Positions 10,152-18,524 of a DNA stretch of 64,000 nucleotides are shown piece after piece. Positions within the stretch are counted from its first letter, which is position 1. Each line of letters begins with the position of its first letter. Source of the DNA: Escherichia phage vB_EcoM_SA20RB. The stretch lies in sequence record OL960581, one strand, 5' to 3'. Position numbers and translations under genes: made by a program. The notes beneath the pieces are model-generated. The model was not told where the DNA came from, did not search any database, and saw only the letters and a list, made by a program, of their open reading frames with translations.

Positions 10152-10459
10152 CGTAAATTCCCTGCAATTGGTATACTAACAATACGCCCAGTATCTAAAA
10201 TTCGCTGATATAATCTTTGTGTGTCTACGTCAGGCTTAACATGTTTAACTTCTATTTTATTAAACCAAAATTTACGTGGAGTCTCAACTAATCTTGGAAT
10301 TCCCTTACCTAAAGCTAGTCGATACTGCTCTTTAAGAGTGGTAAATACTTTATCAGCAATCTTCCATTCAAAAAATACAGCAGGACGATGTTCATCAAGT
10401 GGAACTGGCGCCGTAAATCCGTCTTTGTCTCGGTAAACTATCGCATATACATAAACCAT
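10148..10459 (-). CDS. hypothetical protein (103 aa)
   Basis: ATG start; ATGA-type overlap with dda start. Confidence 0.5.
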   Translation of the reverse strand: MVYVYAIVYRDKDGFTAPVPLDEHRPAVFFEWKIADKVFTTLKEQYRLALGKGIPRLVETPRKFWFNKIEVKHVKPDVDTQRLYQRILDTGRIVSIPIAGNLR

Positions 10460-10460
10460 A

Positions 10461-11216
10461 TTATCCTCGGATAAGTTTAAAAATTGAACAATTTAGCGGG
10501 TATCCTCTTTTCAGTTTAAGTTTATCAATAAAAGACAAGTTTTGATACCGCTCTACACCTTGAATAATTTTATCACACATATCATATTGCATTTCTGCTT
10601 CTGACAACTTTTTCACGGTTTTCCAATCCGAGCCTTTAAGAAGAACGTTCAATTTAACAACTTCAGCGCCTTCTGCTATACGAGAACCATCAATACGAGC
10701 TTTGAGTGCTATAATCGTTAGCTTAACGTCAGAAGTTTGTTTTGATTTAGAAAGCTGAGAAATGTGCTCAATTCGGTTTTCACGTTTTTTCTGTATAGCT
10801 TTAATTTGATTATAAGTCTTTTTGATTTTAGCCCATTTCTTTTCATCTAAATTTAGTTTATGAACTTTTTTCGCAGATGAACGACCAATTCGCAAAGCAA
10901 ATAAATCACGCTTTTCAATCAGCTCTTCTAAAGTATAATCAGAACGAAATGTATTATACTTTTTCTTTACTGCAATAACATTCCCTTTAATGTATCCAAC
11001 GTTATTATCAAAACGTTCTAATGATAATTTCTCTCCTTCAATACGATTATCAAAAGGTTCTCCCGAGTAAGCGCAAACTTTCTGATCTAAAATGTTCTTA
11101 ATGTAATTGAAGTCTAAGTTAAAATCTTTAGAACGTCTTTTTGCAGATGCCTGAGTATGCTCTAAACGACGTGTAATTTTACGAATTTGATTTTTGGACA
11201 TATTATGCAGTTTCAT
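10461..11216 (-). CDS. srd: hypothetical basic protein (251 aa), T4 srd position
   Basis: 251-aa ORF, ATG start, downstream of early promoter 11253-11282; assignment by position and size. Confidence 0.5.
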   Translation of the reverse strand: MKLHNMSKNQIRKITRRLEHTQASAKRRSKDFNLDFNYIKNILDQKVCAYSGEPFDNRIEGEKLSLERFDNNVGYIKGNVIAVKKKYNTFRSDYTLEELIEKRDLFALRIGRSSAKKVHKLNLDEKKWAKIKKTYNQIKAIQKKRENRIEHISQLSKSKQTSDVKLTIIALKARIDGSRIAEGAEVVKLNVLLKGSDWKTVKKLSEAEMQYDMCDKIIQGVERYQNLSFIDKLKLKRGYPLNCSIFKLIRG

Positions 11217-11252
11217 ATTTTTCTCACATCTTACGGACGGTTGACTAACTAT

Positions 11253-11282
11253 ACTATAACATTTTTACCTTGGCTTGTAAAC
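11253..11282 (-). promoter_or_regulatory. T4-type early promoter
   Basis: plus actata 11253-11258, gtaaac 11277-11282. Confidence 0.55.
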
Positions 11283-11339
11283 AACTTTATGTAAAAATGC
11301 TTTAAAAATTTCATGGTATAATGAATCTAAGTCCTTCCA

Positions 11340-11942
11340 TTATAGATTAAATTCTTCAAAATCGAGAGTATAGATAGTGTATGTTGAATACTTTTTATAC
11401 TCATATCTATCTGCAATTCTAAATACACTTCCAGCCGGTATCATTACTTCTTGTTCATCCGAAACTAATTCCATATTACGATAGCGATGGCTATCTGGAA
11501 ATTTAAAGCTTGGATTATATTCTTTACAGCGTAGAGCTTTTATAGCATACTCCTGGAAATTGAATACCATAGGAGCTTTGAATTCAAAAATAACCTGTGT
11601 GTTATATTCTAAACCAGAAGCAAAATGTAGAGCTATATTTTTATCATATGAAGCTGATACGACTTTATCAAATGTAATAATATCAATTCCTTGATTTAAT
11701 ACTTGCTTAGTCTCAGCTGGAACACCTCTCCAAAGAGGTTTATCGTTTGGTTCCAAACGAGATTTGATTATTTCATTTAACCAAGAGTGGTCGTCTGGCT
11801 TATTAGTAATACAATGAATTAAAAGTTCAATTTCGGATAAATTAAATCCTTCAGAAAGTAATTCTTCACGAATAGAAGCACGCACCGATGCATCCATTGA
11901 TTTGATTTTAAAATCTTTTAATTGCATTGCTGAATATTTCAT
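11340..11942 (-). CDS. modA: ADP-ribosyltransferase ModA (200 aa)
   Basis: 200 aa; tandem with paralogous modB; position after srd as in T4. Confidence 0.65.
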   Translation of the reverse strand: MKYSAMQLKDFKIKSMDASVRASIREELLSEGFNLSEIELLIHCITNKPDDHSWLNEIIKSRLEPNDKPLWRGVPAETKQVLNQGIDIITFDKVVSASYDKNIALHFASGLEYNTQVIFEFKAPMVFNFQEYAIKALRCKEYNPSFKFPDSHRYRNMELVSDEQEVMIPAGSVFRIADRYEYKKYSTYTIYTLDFEEFNL

Positions 11943-12562
11943 TCAACTACCTCAATATCATACACTTTAAATGTTCCAAATGAATCGTGTAATTTTTCTT
12001 TTGAAATAGAAGTTATTTTATACTTTCCAATTGGAATCATCCATTCTTGTTCACGCACAATCATCATTAAGTTATCAGTACGTTCTGAATCTAATCCATC
12101 AGTATCTTCATATGTATACTTAAACTCAGTATTAGGAGAAGAAAGTATAATATCGCTGATATGGTCAGAATAATTAAAAGCTTTATCAGTTTTTAAGCGA
12201 AATATTATTTCAGTGAAATATTCAGCATAAGAAAAACCGCACGCTGTGTGCAAACTAGTAGTAAATGAATCTACTCTGTTCGTTGAAAACACTTCTCCAA
12301 CTTGTAAATCTTTAATGAGTTCTTTTGTCGATTTTGATATACCACGATATAACTGATAAGGCGATTTAGTTAAATGCTTTTTAATGATTTTATTTAACTG
12401 TCTGTGAAGAGCTTCATTCTTTTTGGCTTCCATACATTGCCAAAGAATTGACTGTTCAAAGTCAGTAAATTTTTCACAGACCTTTTTATACATATCATAT
12501 TGAAAATCAACGCTTTCAGCTTTTATAGATAACTGTTCAACATCTGCAAGATTAATAATCAT
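11939..12562 (-). CDS. modB: ADP-ribosyltransferase ModB (207 aa)
   Basis: start moved to ATG 12560-12562 preceded by GGAGG SD (track ATG 12574 has no SD); 207 aa. Confidence 0.65.
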   Translation of the reverse strand: MIINLADVEQLSIKAESVDFQYDMYKKVCEKFTDFEQSILWQCMEAKKNEALHRQLNKIIKKHLTKSPYQLYRGISKSTKELIKDLQVGEVFSTNRVDSFTTSLHTACGFSYAEYFTEIIFRLKTDKAFNYSDHISDIILSSPNTEFKYTYEDTDGLDSERTDNLMMIVREQEWMIPIGKYKITSISKEKLHDSFGTFKVYDIEVVE

Positions 12563-12588
12563 GATAGCCTCCATATACTTCAGAAGCT

Positions 12589-12618
12589 ATCATATCATCG
12601 TTAGAAAGGAAAGTAAAC
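12589..12618 (-). promoter_or_regulatory. T4-type early promoter
   Basis: plus atcata 12589-12594, gtaaac 12613-12618. Confidence 0.5.
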
Positions 12619-12629
12619 AACTTTTTGAA

Positions 12630-12812
12630 TTATTTTGCCCAGGGAGCCCAGGGCGGAGGGTCAAGATGGTATGAAGCTAGTTCTTCTAGAAGAGCATCTG
12701 GGGCTTCAATTCCATAATTCTGTAATACTATACGGTACTCTTTCTTATAATCACTAGAATCATTCTGGATATTCGTAGAATGATTATTTTCTAACATCTC
12801 AAATAAATCCAT
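12630..12812 (-). CDS. hypothetical protein (60 aa)
   Basis: ATG start. Confidence 0.4.
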   Translation of the reverse strand: MDLFEMLENNHSTNIQNDSSDYKKEYRIVLQNYGIEAPDALLEELASYHLDPPPWAPWAK

Positions 12813-12820
12813 ATTAATTC

Positions 12821-13291
12821 CTAGCGATAAAAACCAAAACGACGATTAGTTTCAATAATCTTTCTTTCTTCTTCGGACATTCTCCAGCGTAGTCCAACAT
12901 CAAAATGAGCCCAGACCATCTTAACAAATGCATTTATATCTTTAATATCTTCAATAATAAATGTTTTACTTTTAGAAGGTTGACTAGCTAATTTAACTTT
13001 ATCGTCTTCAAACAAGTCAAAAAGACCATATTCATGAGCCCTTTTATAGCCTTTAATAGTTAAAGCTTCAGAAGAAGAAAACGGTGAATCAGTATTCTGC
13101 AAAATATCTTCAGTATGCTTTATAATTAGAATAACATTTTCTGGATATTTTCTTTCTTTTATATCTTTAATTAAAAGATCCGGATTTTCTGCTAAAGGAA
13201 TAATTAATGAGCACTTTTTATCAAGTGTATTTACTGATTTACCTTCTTTAGACATAAATTCTATTGAATAATGTTTTGCTACTTCAATCAT
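12821..13291 (-). CDS. hypothetical protein (156 aa)
   Basis: ATG start at 13289-13291. Confidence 0.5.
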   Translation of the reverse strand: MIEVAKHYSIEFMSKEGKSVNTLDKKCSLIIPLAENPDLLIKDIKERKYPENVILIIKHTEDILQNTDSPFSSSEALTIKGYKRAHEYGLFDLFEDDKVKLASQPSKSKTFIIEDIKDINAFVKMVWAHFDVGLRWRMSEEERKIIETNRRFGFYR

Positions 13292-13448
13292 GTGATTTCC
13301 TTTTGCCTACTAATGGACCGTCAGGAATTTTGTTTTCCTGAATATATTTCTCATTTTCTTCCATCATTTTACTGCCAATTTTAAGAAGCAAATCCATTGC
13401 TTCATTTGCTTTATCCTTAGCCTCTTCTAACGTCATATCTCTGTTCAT
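13284..13448 (-). CDS. small hypothetical protein (54 aa), not in ORF track
   Basis: ATGA overlap with upstream stop at 13445-13448 and 8-nt overlap with downstream start; hand-translated [54 protein letters not shown]. Confidence 0.35.
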   Translation of the reverse strand: MNRDMTLEEAKDKANEAMDLLLKIGSKMMEENEKYIQENKIPDGPLVGKRKSHD

Positions 13449-13648
13449 GATTTATCCCCATAGATGTCTCTCATCAATTTAAGCGCTGAGCGTTCTAATT
13501 TCTTTTCTTTCTCAGCACTAATCATTGATTTCATCCATTCTTCTGATTCGTTCTGCATTTCTTTATTTGCTTGTTCAACCCAACCATCGTCAATATACAT
13601 TGAGTTTGGTCTATTGAACCATTCGAGCATTTTCTTCAGAACTTTCAT
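13445..13648 (-). CDS. hypothetical protein (67 aa)
   Basis: ATG start; overlaps upstream gene end by 38 nt, start may be later. Confidence 0.4.
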   Translation of the reverse strand: MKVLKKMLEWFNRPNSMYIDDGWVEQANKEMQNESEEWMKSMISAEKEKKLERSALKLMRDIYGDKS

Positions 13649-14108
13649 CTGTTTTACCTAAAACAACCGTAGGAGCATCATCAAATTCATGAATTTTTAG
13701 CAAATTTGGATGTAAACTATTCCATACAGAAGAAATAAAGTATGATAAAGCATCTTCGTCCACAATTATAAATTTATTTCCTTTATCTATTTTCCAACTA
13801 TATACTGAATCGTACGAATAAAAAGATAAAGGTTCATCATTATATTTTTCTGTGTTAACATTAATGTATTCTGATTTAGTAAATGCTTCAATTGCTCTAA
13901 ACGGAATATTTGGTACAGTTTCAATAATTCCGATCTTTTTAAGTTTTATTTCAGCATCTTCTGGAACTGGCATTGAAACGAAATTTTCTACAAGATACAT
14001 TGGGTCACAATAACCCTTATCAATCATTACTGCTACAGTAATTGGAACATCTTTAGCAAATGACATGCTATTACTGCTAATATACATTTCAAACAAAATC
14101 GCTTCCAT
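13611..14108 (-). CDS. hypothetical protein (165 aa)
   Basis: in-frame ATG 14106-14108 with GAGGAAA SD (track start TTG 14120). Confidence 0.5.
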   Translation of the reverse strand: MEAILFEMYISSNSMSFAKDVPITVAVMIDKGYCDPMYLVENFVSMPVPEDAEIKLKKIGIIETVPNIPFRAIEAFTKSEYINVNTEKYNDEPLSFYSYDSVYSWKIDKGNKFIIVDEDALSYFISSVWNSLHPNLLKIHEFDDAPTVVLGKTDESSEENARMVQ

Positions 14109-14116
14109 AATTTTCC

Positions 14117-14458
14117 TCAATCACAAGATGTAGATGAACAACTAGAATCACAAGAACTTCCACATGAATCGCCAGTCCATACATGAACAGGAACATTAGT
14201 ATCATATGAATCAGAACTAGACTGTGTATTCTGCGTATTAGATGATGCAGTAGGTGTTGACCAACGCCAAGGATTTTTATAATATTCCTGGGCTTCTTCA
14301 TAAGTCATAGTAACTGCTTCTACTGTTCCATCTCCCATATAAACATATTCAACTACAGTTAAAGGAAGGTAGTCATTTGAAATAGGAACTACACCTTCTC
14401 CGGGAGTTGTAGAGAAAAAATCTGTAAAGAAATTTTTAAACCAATTAAAGATAAACAT
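14117..14458 (-). CDS. hypothetical protein with Ser/Cys-rich C-terminal tail (113 aa)
   Basis: ATG start; tail [15 protein letters not shown]. Confidence 0.45.
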   Translation of the reverse strand: MFIFNWFKNFFTDFFSTTPGEGVVPISNDYLPLTVVEYVYMGDGTVEAVTMTYEEAQEYYKNPWRWSTPTASSNTQNTQSSSDSYDTNVPVHVWTGDSCGSSCDSSCSSTSCD

Positions 14459-14664
14459 TACAAAAAGCCTCTTTTGAATTCGACTTGCTTATCACCATAA
14501 TCATACCGAATCTCTGCATTAAATTCAACAGAACCATCTGCGTACATCATAAATGAATGCACAACAACTTCTGTAGACCATGGTTGCAATTCATATTTCT
14601 TCATTACATGCCGTGAAATGATAATATCTAAATCTTCATTTGGTTTAATCCAACGATTTAACAT
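14458..14664 (-). CDS. hypothetical protein (68 aa)
   Basis: ATG start 14662-14664 downstream of early promoter 14691-14720. Confidence 0.5.
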   Translation of the reverse strand: MLNRWIKPNEDLDIIISRHVMKKYELQPWSTEVVVHSFMMYADGSVEFNAEIRYDYGDKQVEFKRGFL

Positions 14665-14690
14665 AGTGCTCTCCTCTATAAGATAGTTCT

Positions 14691-14720
14691 ATTATACCAT
14701 ACTCATTTTGATATGTAAAC
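14691..14720 (-). promoter_or_regulatory. T4-type early promoter
   Basis: plus attata 14691-14696, gtaaac 14715-14720. Confidence 0.55.
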
Positions 14721-14730
14721 CATTTAAATG

Positions 14731-14754
14731 AAAAAAGGACTCCCGAGGGAGTCC
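14731..14754 (-). terminator. rho-independent terminator after soc
   Basis: ggactcc-cgag-ggagtcc hairpin followed by U6 on minus strand (plus aaaaaa 14731-14736). Confidence 0.65.
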
Positions 14755-14762
14755 TTGAATTA

Positions 14763-14999
14763 TTAACCACCTATATTTGTAGGTGTAAACATTGCAGCAT
14801 TCTTAGTTTTCCAATCAGCTGCATCAGAAACTACAGTAGAGTATGCTGCCTTTTCAGAAGGAAAGGTCTGATAATGAGAATCTGCGATACGATGCTCGTT
14901 AGAATAAATTTCAAACGGAACAGAAACTTCCATACCTTTAACTTCTTTGCCTTCACCTGCTGGATGAGTAAAGGTCTTGATGTTAACGAAACCACCCAT
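14763..14999 (-). CDS. soc: small outer capsid protein Soc-like (78 aa)
   Basis: motifs GYVNIKTF.. and HYQTFPSEKAAYSTV shared with T4 Soc (recalled); late promoter upstream; terminator downstream. Confidence 0.65.
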   Translation of the reverse strand: MGGFVNIKTFTHPAGEGKEVKGMEVSVPFEIYSNEHRIADSHYQTFPSEKAAYSTVVSDAADWKTKNAAMFTPTNIGG

Positions 15000-15030
15000 A
15001 ATAAACTCCTTTATTGTTTAATTACAAGTG

Positions 15031-15038
15031 TATTTATA
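15031..15038 (-). promoter_or_regulatory. T4 late promoter box (TATAAATA)
   Basis: plus tatttata 15031-15038, 32 nt upstream of soc ATG. Confidence 0.55.
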
Positions 15039-15212
15039 TCAATCTTCAATGAAAACTTGTGCCAGGAATTCATGTTCATCTTTAATTTGTTTATATAAAG
15101 CCATTACAGCATTTATATTAGAGCTATCTACTTTAAGTTGATAAGCATACCACTCGTGTAAATTAATTAAAGCTTTTTGACGTCTAATAAATTCTTCTTT
15201 GGATATTTTCAT
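15039..15212 (-). CDS. small hypothetical protein (57 aa), not in ORF track
   Basis: ATGA overlap with upstream gene stop at 15209-15212; hand-translated MKISKEEFIRRQKALINLHEWYAYQLKVDSSNINAVMALYKQIKDEHEFLAQVFIED. Confidence 0.4.
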   Translation of the reverse strand: MKISKEEFIRRQKALINLHEWYAYQLKVDSSNINAVMALYKQIKDEHEFLAQVFIED

Positions 15213-15403
15213 TTTGAATGCTCTATAATTAATTTTAAAGCTTCTTCACTGACAAAAATTTCGTCATGACCTTCTGTAACTTCAACCATATGAAGCTGAT
15301 TAGTTAAGAGCTCACATACGAGCTCCTTGTTATAATCTTTAAATAGCTGGTCAATACGCTTCTTGCGGGCTTTCTTAAGCTGGCGCTTATTTAAACGAGC
15401 CAT
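15209..15403 (-). CDS. hypothetical protein (64 aa)
   Basis: ATG start; abuts gp56 stop. Confidence 0.45.
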   Translation of the reverse strand: MARLNKRQLKKARKKRIDQLFKDYNKELVCELLTNQLHMVEVTEGHDEIFVSEEALKLIIEHSK

Positions 15404-15921
15404 TAATAACCTCGGTCTTGACGTGCGAAATTTTCTGCATTTTTCAAATAATAAAGTTTAAAGATTTCTTCAGCAGTAAGACCAAGACCTTGGAACATAT
15501 TCAGAACGAAATGAAGAATATCAATCATTTCAAATTTAATTTCCAACTGGTCTTGCGGTGACAAATCAGTAATCAGAGTTTCACGGCGTTCACCATGTTG
15601 CGACTTCCAAGGTTTCCATACAGCAGATGCGTCTTTTTCACCATTACTCATACCACCAAGAGAAGTCAGAAGTTCACGGAATTCATCATCAATATAGTCT
15701 TTCTGATTACGTAGCCAATCAACAACTTCACCGGCAGTAGCCAAATCATCAGGATGACGGTTATATTCAGGTTTATCTTTAGCTAAACGAACCTGCAGAG
15801 ATTTCTGCATATCAAGCATAACCTGCAGCGGGTCTTTTTCATCACCGAGAATATCCCAGTATTCATTTTGAGCTTTATCAGCGCCTTCGATCAGTTGTGA
15901 ACATTCGTTAAAGTATGCCAT
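15403..15921 (-). CDS. 56: dCTPase/dUTPase gp56 (MazG-like, about 172 aa)
   Basis: start moved to ATG 15919-15921 (MAYFNECSQL..) with AAGGA SD; matches T4 gp56 length about 171; track ORF extends 31 codons upstream. Confidence 0.8.
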   Translation of the reverse strand: MAYFNECSQLIEGADKAQNEYWDILGDEKDPLQVMLDMQKSLQVRLAKDKPEYNRHPDDLATAGEVVDWLRNQKDYIDDEFRELLTSLGGMSNGEKDASAVWKPWKSQHGERRETLITDLSPQDQLEIKFEMIDILHFVLNMFQGLGLTAEEIFKLYYLKNAENFARQDRGY

Positions 15922-15992
15922 TATTTTTCCTTTCAATTCATGGGTTAGTAGATTAATTATACAATAAATATATAAAGCAATAAGGAGGACAT

Positions 15993-16193
15993 ATGGTACA
16001 AAAATTAATGGCACTTGTTAATGCCATCAAAGGTAATAAAAAACGTATAGCTTTTACTATTTCTGCTATGGTAGGAATTTTACTCTGGAACTTTATTTTA
16101 TCACCAATTGCAATTGCGCATGGTGTTAATATTCCAGTAGTTACTCTTGATACATTCGTAGATTTAGCATTTGCTCTAGTTGGGCTAATTTAA
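15993..16193 (+). CDS. small hydrophobic (membrane) protein, plus strand (66 aa)
   Basis: ATG 15993 preceded by strong SD taAGGAGGacat; two hydrophobic segments; convergent with gene 61 (4-nt 3' overlap). Confidence 0.5.
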   Translation: MVQKLMALVNAIKGNKKRIAFTISAMVGILLWNFILSPIAIAHGVNIPVVTLDTFVDLAFALVGLI

Positions 16194-17218
16194 ATCTTGG
16201 CATATTTAGATAGCCGCATTTTAGCCATTAACCCCTGGGCAATATTATTTTTCATATATTCCATAATTTGTTCAGGGGTTGCACCTTCCTTTCTAATCAT
16301 ATCATTGACATCTTTTGATTTCCAGGGAGATTTATCCCAAAACATAACCCTTTCTCCTGCATCAACTAATTTAGTCATTCGTTTGATAGTGTCAGGGTGA
16401 CGAGGTTCATTATCTAAAACCCACACTCGTCTATCTTTAAATGGAACAACTTCTAGGTCTAATTGACCGCCAGTAATGGCTATACCATTTTCAATAAAAA
16501 GTGAATCTATAGGTCCTTCTAGAACATATACATCACCATCTTTGACTCGTTCAACTCCATAGATTTTTGTTGCCTCAGGATAAGCTTTGATGGTGATATA
16601 TTTTTGAGGAGCATCTTTCTTTAATGCACGTCCTTGAAAAGACTCAGCTTTTCCATTAGCATTATAAATTGGAATAACAAGACGAGGCTCAGGTATTTCC
16701 TTTTTATATGTTCCTGGCGCTATACTGTTAACTAATTTAGGCCATTCAGTTGTAAACCAAAGATATTTCCATTTATCCTTTGGAATACAACGAGCTTTTA
16801 CATATTTTATAATTGGATGGTCTTCCGCCAGTTTATCTAATCTAATACATGACGGAAGAGATTTAATTATTTTCTTCTCAGGTTGTTTAGGAAGTTCTTT
16901 AGGTTTTTCTACTGGACGACTTTTACCTTTTTCTTTTCTTATTTCAAAGATATACTCACGATATAAATCAGGTTCAAACTCCTTTAAATATATTCCGATT
17001 GGTGCATGATAGTTGCAGTTATAACAATGAATATTTCCTTCATTATTATCGCCATAATACCATCCACGGGCTTTATTTTGATCGGTTTTTGAATCTCCAC
17101 AAACAGGGCATCTAAACCGTAATTTAAAAGTTGAACTATTATTTACTTGTGCGAATTTAGGCAAATGAGCTAATGCACGGTATGCAAACTCATTATCAAT
17201 CCAAGGTATTGATGACAT
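16190..17218 (-). CDS. 61: DNA primase gp61 (342 aa)
   Basis: zinc-ribbon CPVCGDSK..CYNCNYH, 342 aa as T4 gp61, ATG start. Confidence 0.85.
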   Translation of the reverse strand: MSSIPWIDNEFAYRALAHLPKFAQVNNSSTFKLRFRCPVCGDSKTDQNKARGWYYGDNNEGNIHCYNCNYHAPIGIYLKEFEPDLYREYIFEIRKEKGKSRPVEKPKELPKQPEKKIIKSLPSCIRLDKLAEDHPIIKYVKARCIPKDKWKYLWFTTEWPKLVNSIAPGTYKKEIPEPRLVIPIYNANGKAESFQGRALKKDAPQKYITIKAYPEATKIYGVERVKDGDVYVLEGPIDSLFIENGIAITGGQLDLEVVPFKDRRVWVLDNEPRHPDTIKRMTKLVDAGERVMFWDKSPWKSKDVNDMIRKEGATPEQIMEYMKNNIAQGLMAKMRLSKYAKI

Positions 17219-17220
17219 TT

Positions 17221-17385
17221 TTACTCTTCTTTTTCTTTAGATTCCTCTTTTTTCTTTTTAGGAATCTGTTCAGGACCTTTATTTACTACAGCACCTGACG
17301 TTGTTCCAGTAGAGATATTTTCAGGATTACCACCTGAATCTCCAGCTACCATATCTTCTTTAATAAATTCTTTAAACGTTTTCAT
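17221..17385 (-). CDS. small lysine-rich protein (54 aa), not in ORF track
   Basis: hand-translated MKTFKEFIKEDMVAGDSGGNPENISTGTTSGAVVNKGPEQIPKKKKEESKEKEE; stop 2 nt before gene 61 ATG. Confidence 0.4.
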   Translation of the reverse strand: MKTFKEFIKEDMVAGDSGGNPENISTGTTSGAVVNKGPEQIPKKKKEESKEKEE

Positions 17386-17397
17386 ATTAGCCTCTAA

Positions 17398-17691
17398 TTA
17401 TTCACCTACCACTTCAGCGATGATATTTTTATTATTAAAGTTTTTATCGCAATACAGAACATAATTATACTGCATTACACCACCAGACTTAAGCTGTTTT
17501 TGCACTTCGGCTTTCATTTCAGGACGATCACGCTCAACGATATTCATAATATCCGCTTCAATTTGAGTTTCAACCTCAGTCTGATCTGCAGTCATAGACC
17601 ATTCACACAAATCTTTGTCATAACCCGCCATAGCAGGCTGAGCAGTACAAGAAGCCAAAGCAAAAATTGCAGCAAAAACAAATTTTTTCAT
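17398..17691 (-). CDS. sp: periplasmic protein, Spackle (Sp)-like (97 aa)
   Basis: cleavable signal peptide (..PAMA); 97 aa; located between primase and helicase genes as T4 sp. Confidence 0.5.
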   Translation of the reverse strand: MKKFVFAAIFALASCTAQPAMAGYDKDLCEWSMTADQTEVETQIEADIMNIVERDRPEMKAEVQKQLKSGGVMQYNYVLYCDKNFNNKNIIAEVVGE

Positions 17692-17794
17692 GATAATCTC
17701 CTCAGTAGTTTATGTTTACAGTATCTCAATTTTCAACAAAAGTAAACACTAGTAGAAGTAAACAGACAAATTGCAATAATTGGTGATTTCAGTT

Positions 17795-17977
17795 TCATTC
17801 TTCTCCTCCTTCGTGTTGATGAACATATTCTTTTTCAAGTCTAGAGCACAAGTTTTCATATTCAACTAATAAAAATGAATCAAGTGCGTTATTTCTATGC
17901 TGACACCGTTCTTGTAAAGAATCCATCTCTGAACGTTGTTCTTGTGTTAATAATTGATAACCTGATACTTTAGACAT
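17795..17977 (-). CDS. hypothetical acidic protein (60 aa)
   Basis: ATG with GGAGAA SD; downstream of early promoter 18007-18036. Confidence 0.45.
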   Translation of the reverse strand: MSKVSGYQLLTQEQRSEMDSLQERCQHRNNALDSFLLVEYENLCSRLEKEYVHQHEGGEE

Positions 17978-18006
17978 TTTGTTCTCCGCGATTAGCTGAT
18001 AGAATT

Positions 18007-18036
18007 ACTATAACACAACTCTATCAGCTTGTAAAC
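18007..18036 (-). promoter_or_regulatory. T4-type early promoter
   Basis: plus actata 18007-18012, gtaaac 18031-18036. Confidence 0.55.
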
Positions 18037-18038
18037 TA

Positions 18039-18281
18039 CTATTTTACTAGCATCAATAACTGTTTCTCTAACTTGACGATTTTACGAAAGTATCTTTTGC
18101 ATTGGCGAATCTGCCTCTTCGTAGGACGTACAACAAACTTAATAAATTCCACTCGACCAAATGGAGGACTTTCTTCTGCTGGAATATCTAACACCAATTC
18201 CCACGTATCTGCAATAAGTGCTTTGAATTGCGTATTTTTCCTGACTTTATACGGAGTAGGTTTAAATAAAACAATATGCAT
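18039..18281 (-). CDS. hypothetical basic protein (80 aa)
   Basis: start moved to ATG 18279-18281 (GAGGA SD, directly after dmd stop); track start TTG 18323 would overlap dmd by 38 nt. Confidence 0.45.
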   Translation of the reverse strand: MHIVLFKPTPYKVRKNTQFKALIADTWELVLDIPAEESPPFGRVEFIKFVVRPTKRQIRQCKRYFRKIVKLEKQLLMLVK

Positions 18282-18282
18282 A

Positions 18283-18465
18283 TTATCCTCGGCAATCCAC
18301 TTCGCACACTTTCTTGTCATCAATGAAAGCTTTAACTAATGCTTTATTAACTTCAGCATATTGACTAGTAGCCCATTGAACGTCATCTTTCATCATTGTG
18401 ATTTCTTTAGTAAACATGCTTTCATTCTTAAACCACCCCATAAAAACTACCTTTACCAATTCCAT
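18283..18465 (-). CDS. dmd: Dmd antitoxin-like protein (60 aa)
   Basis: 60 aa MELVKVVFMGWFKNESMFTKEITMMKDDVQWATSQYAEVNKALVKAFIDDKKVCEVDCRG matches recalled T4 Dmd; GAGGAG SD; adjacent to gene 41. Confidence 0.6.
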   Translation of the reverse strand: MELVKVVFMGWFKNESMFTKEITMMKDDVQWATSQYAEVNKALVKAFIDDKKVCEVDCRG

Positions 18466-18494
18466 AACAATCTCCTCATTTAACCAACAAGACT

Positions 18495-18524
18495 ACTATA
18501 CCATAGTCTTGTCAGCTTGTAAAC
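18495..18524 (-). promoter_or_regulatory. T4-type early promoter
   Basis: plus actata 18495-18500, gtaaac 18519-18524; near-duplicate of promoter at 18007-18036. Confidence 0.55.

Noticed and set aside
11300-11325. Plus-strand extended -10 (TGGTATAAT at about 11313-11321) suggesting antisense transcription into modA
   Set aside because: No matching -35, no downstream plus-strand ORF; more likely a chance match in AT-rich sequence
14089-14301. 70-aa minus-strand ORF overlapping 14117..14458 and 13611..14108
   Set aside because: Alternative frame spanning a gene junction; histidine/leucine-rich low-complexity product; neighbours have better start contexts
17700-17765. Two additional gtaaac (-35-like) motifs upstream of the Sp-like gene
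   Set aside because: No acceptable -10 hexamer at 16-18 bp spacing on the minus strand
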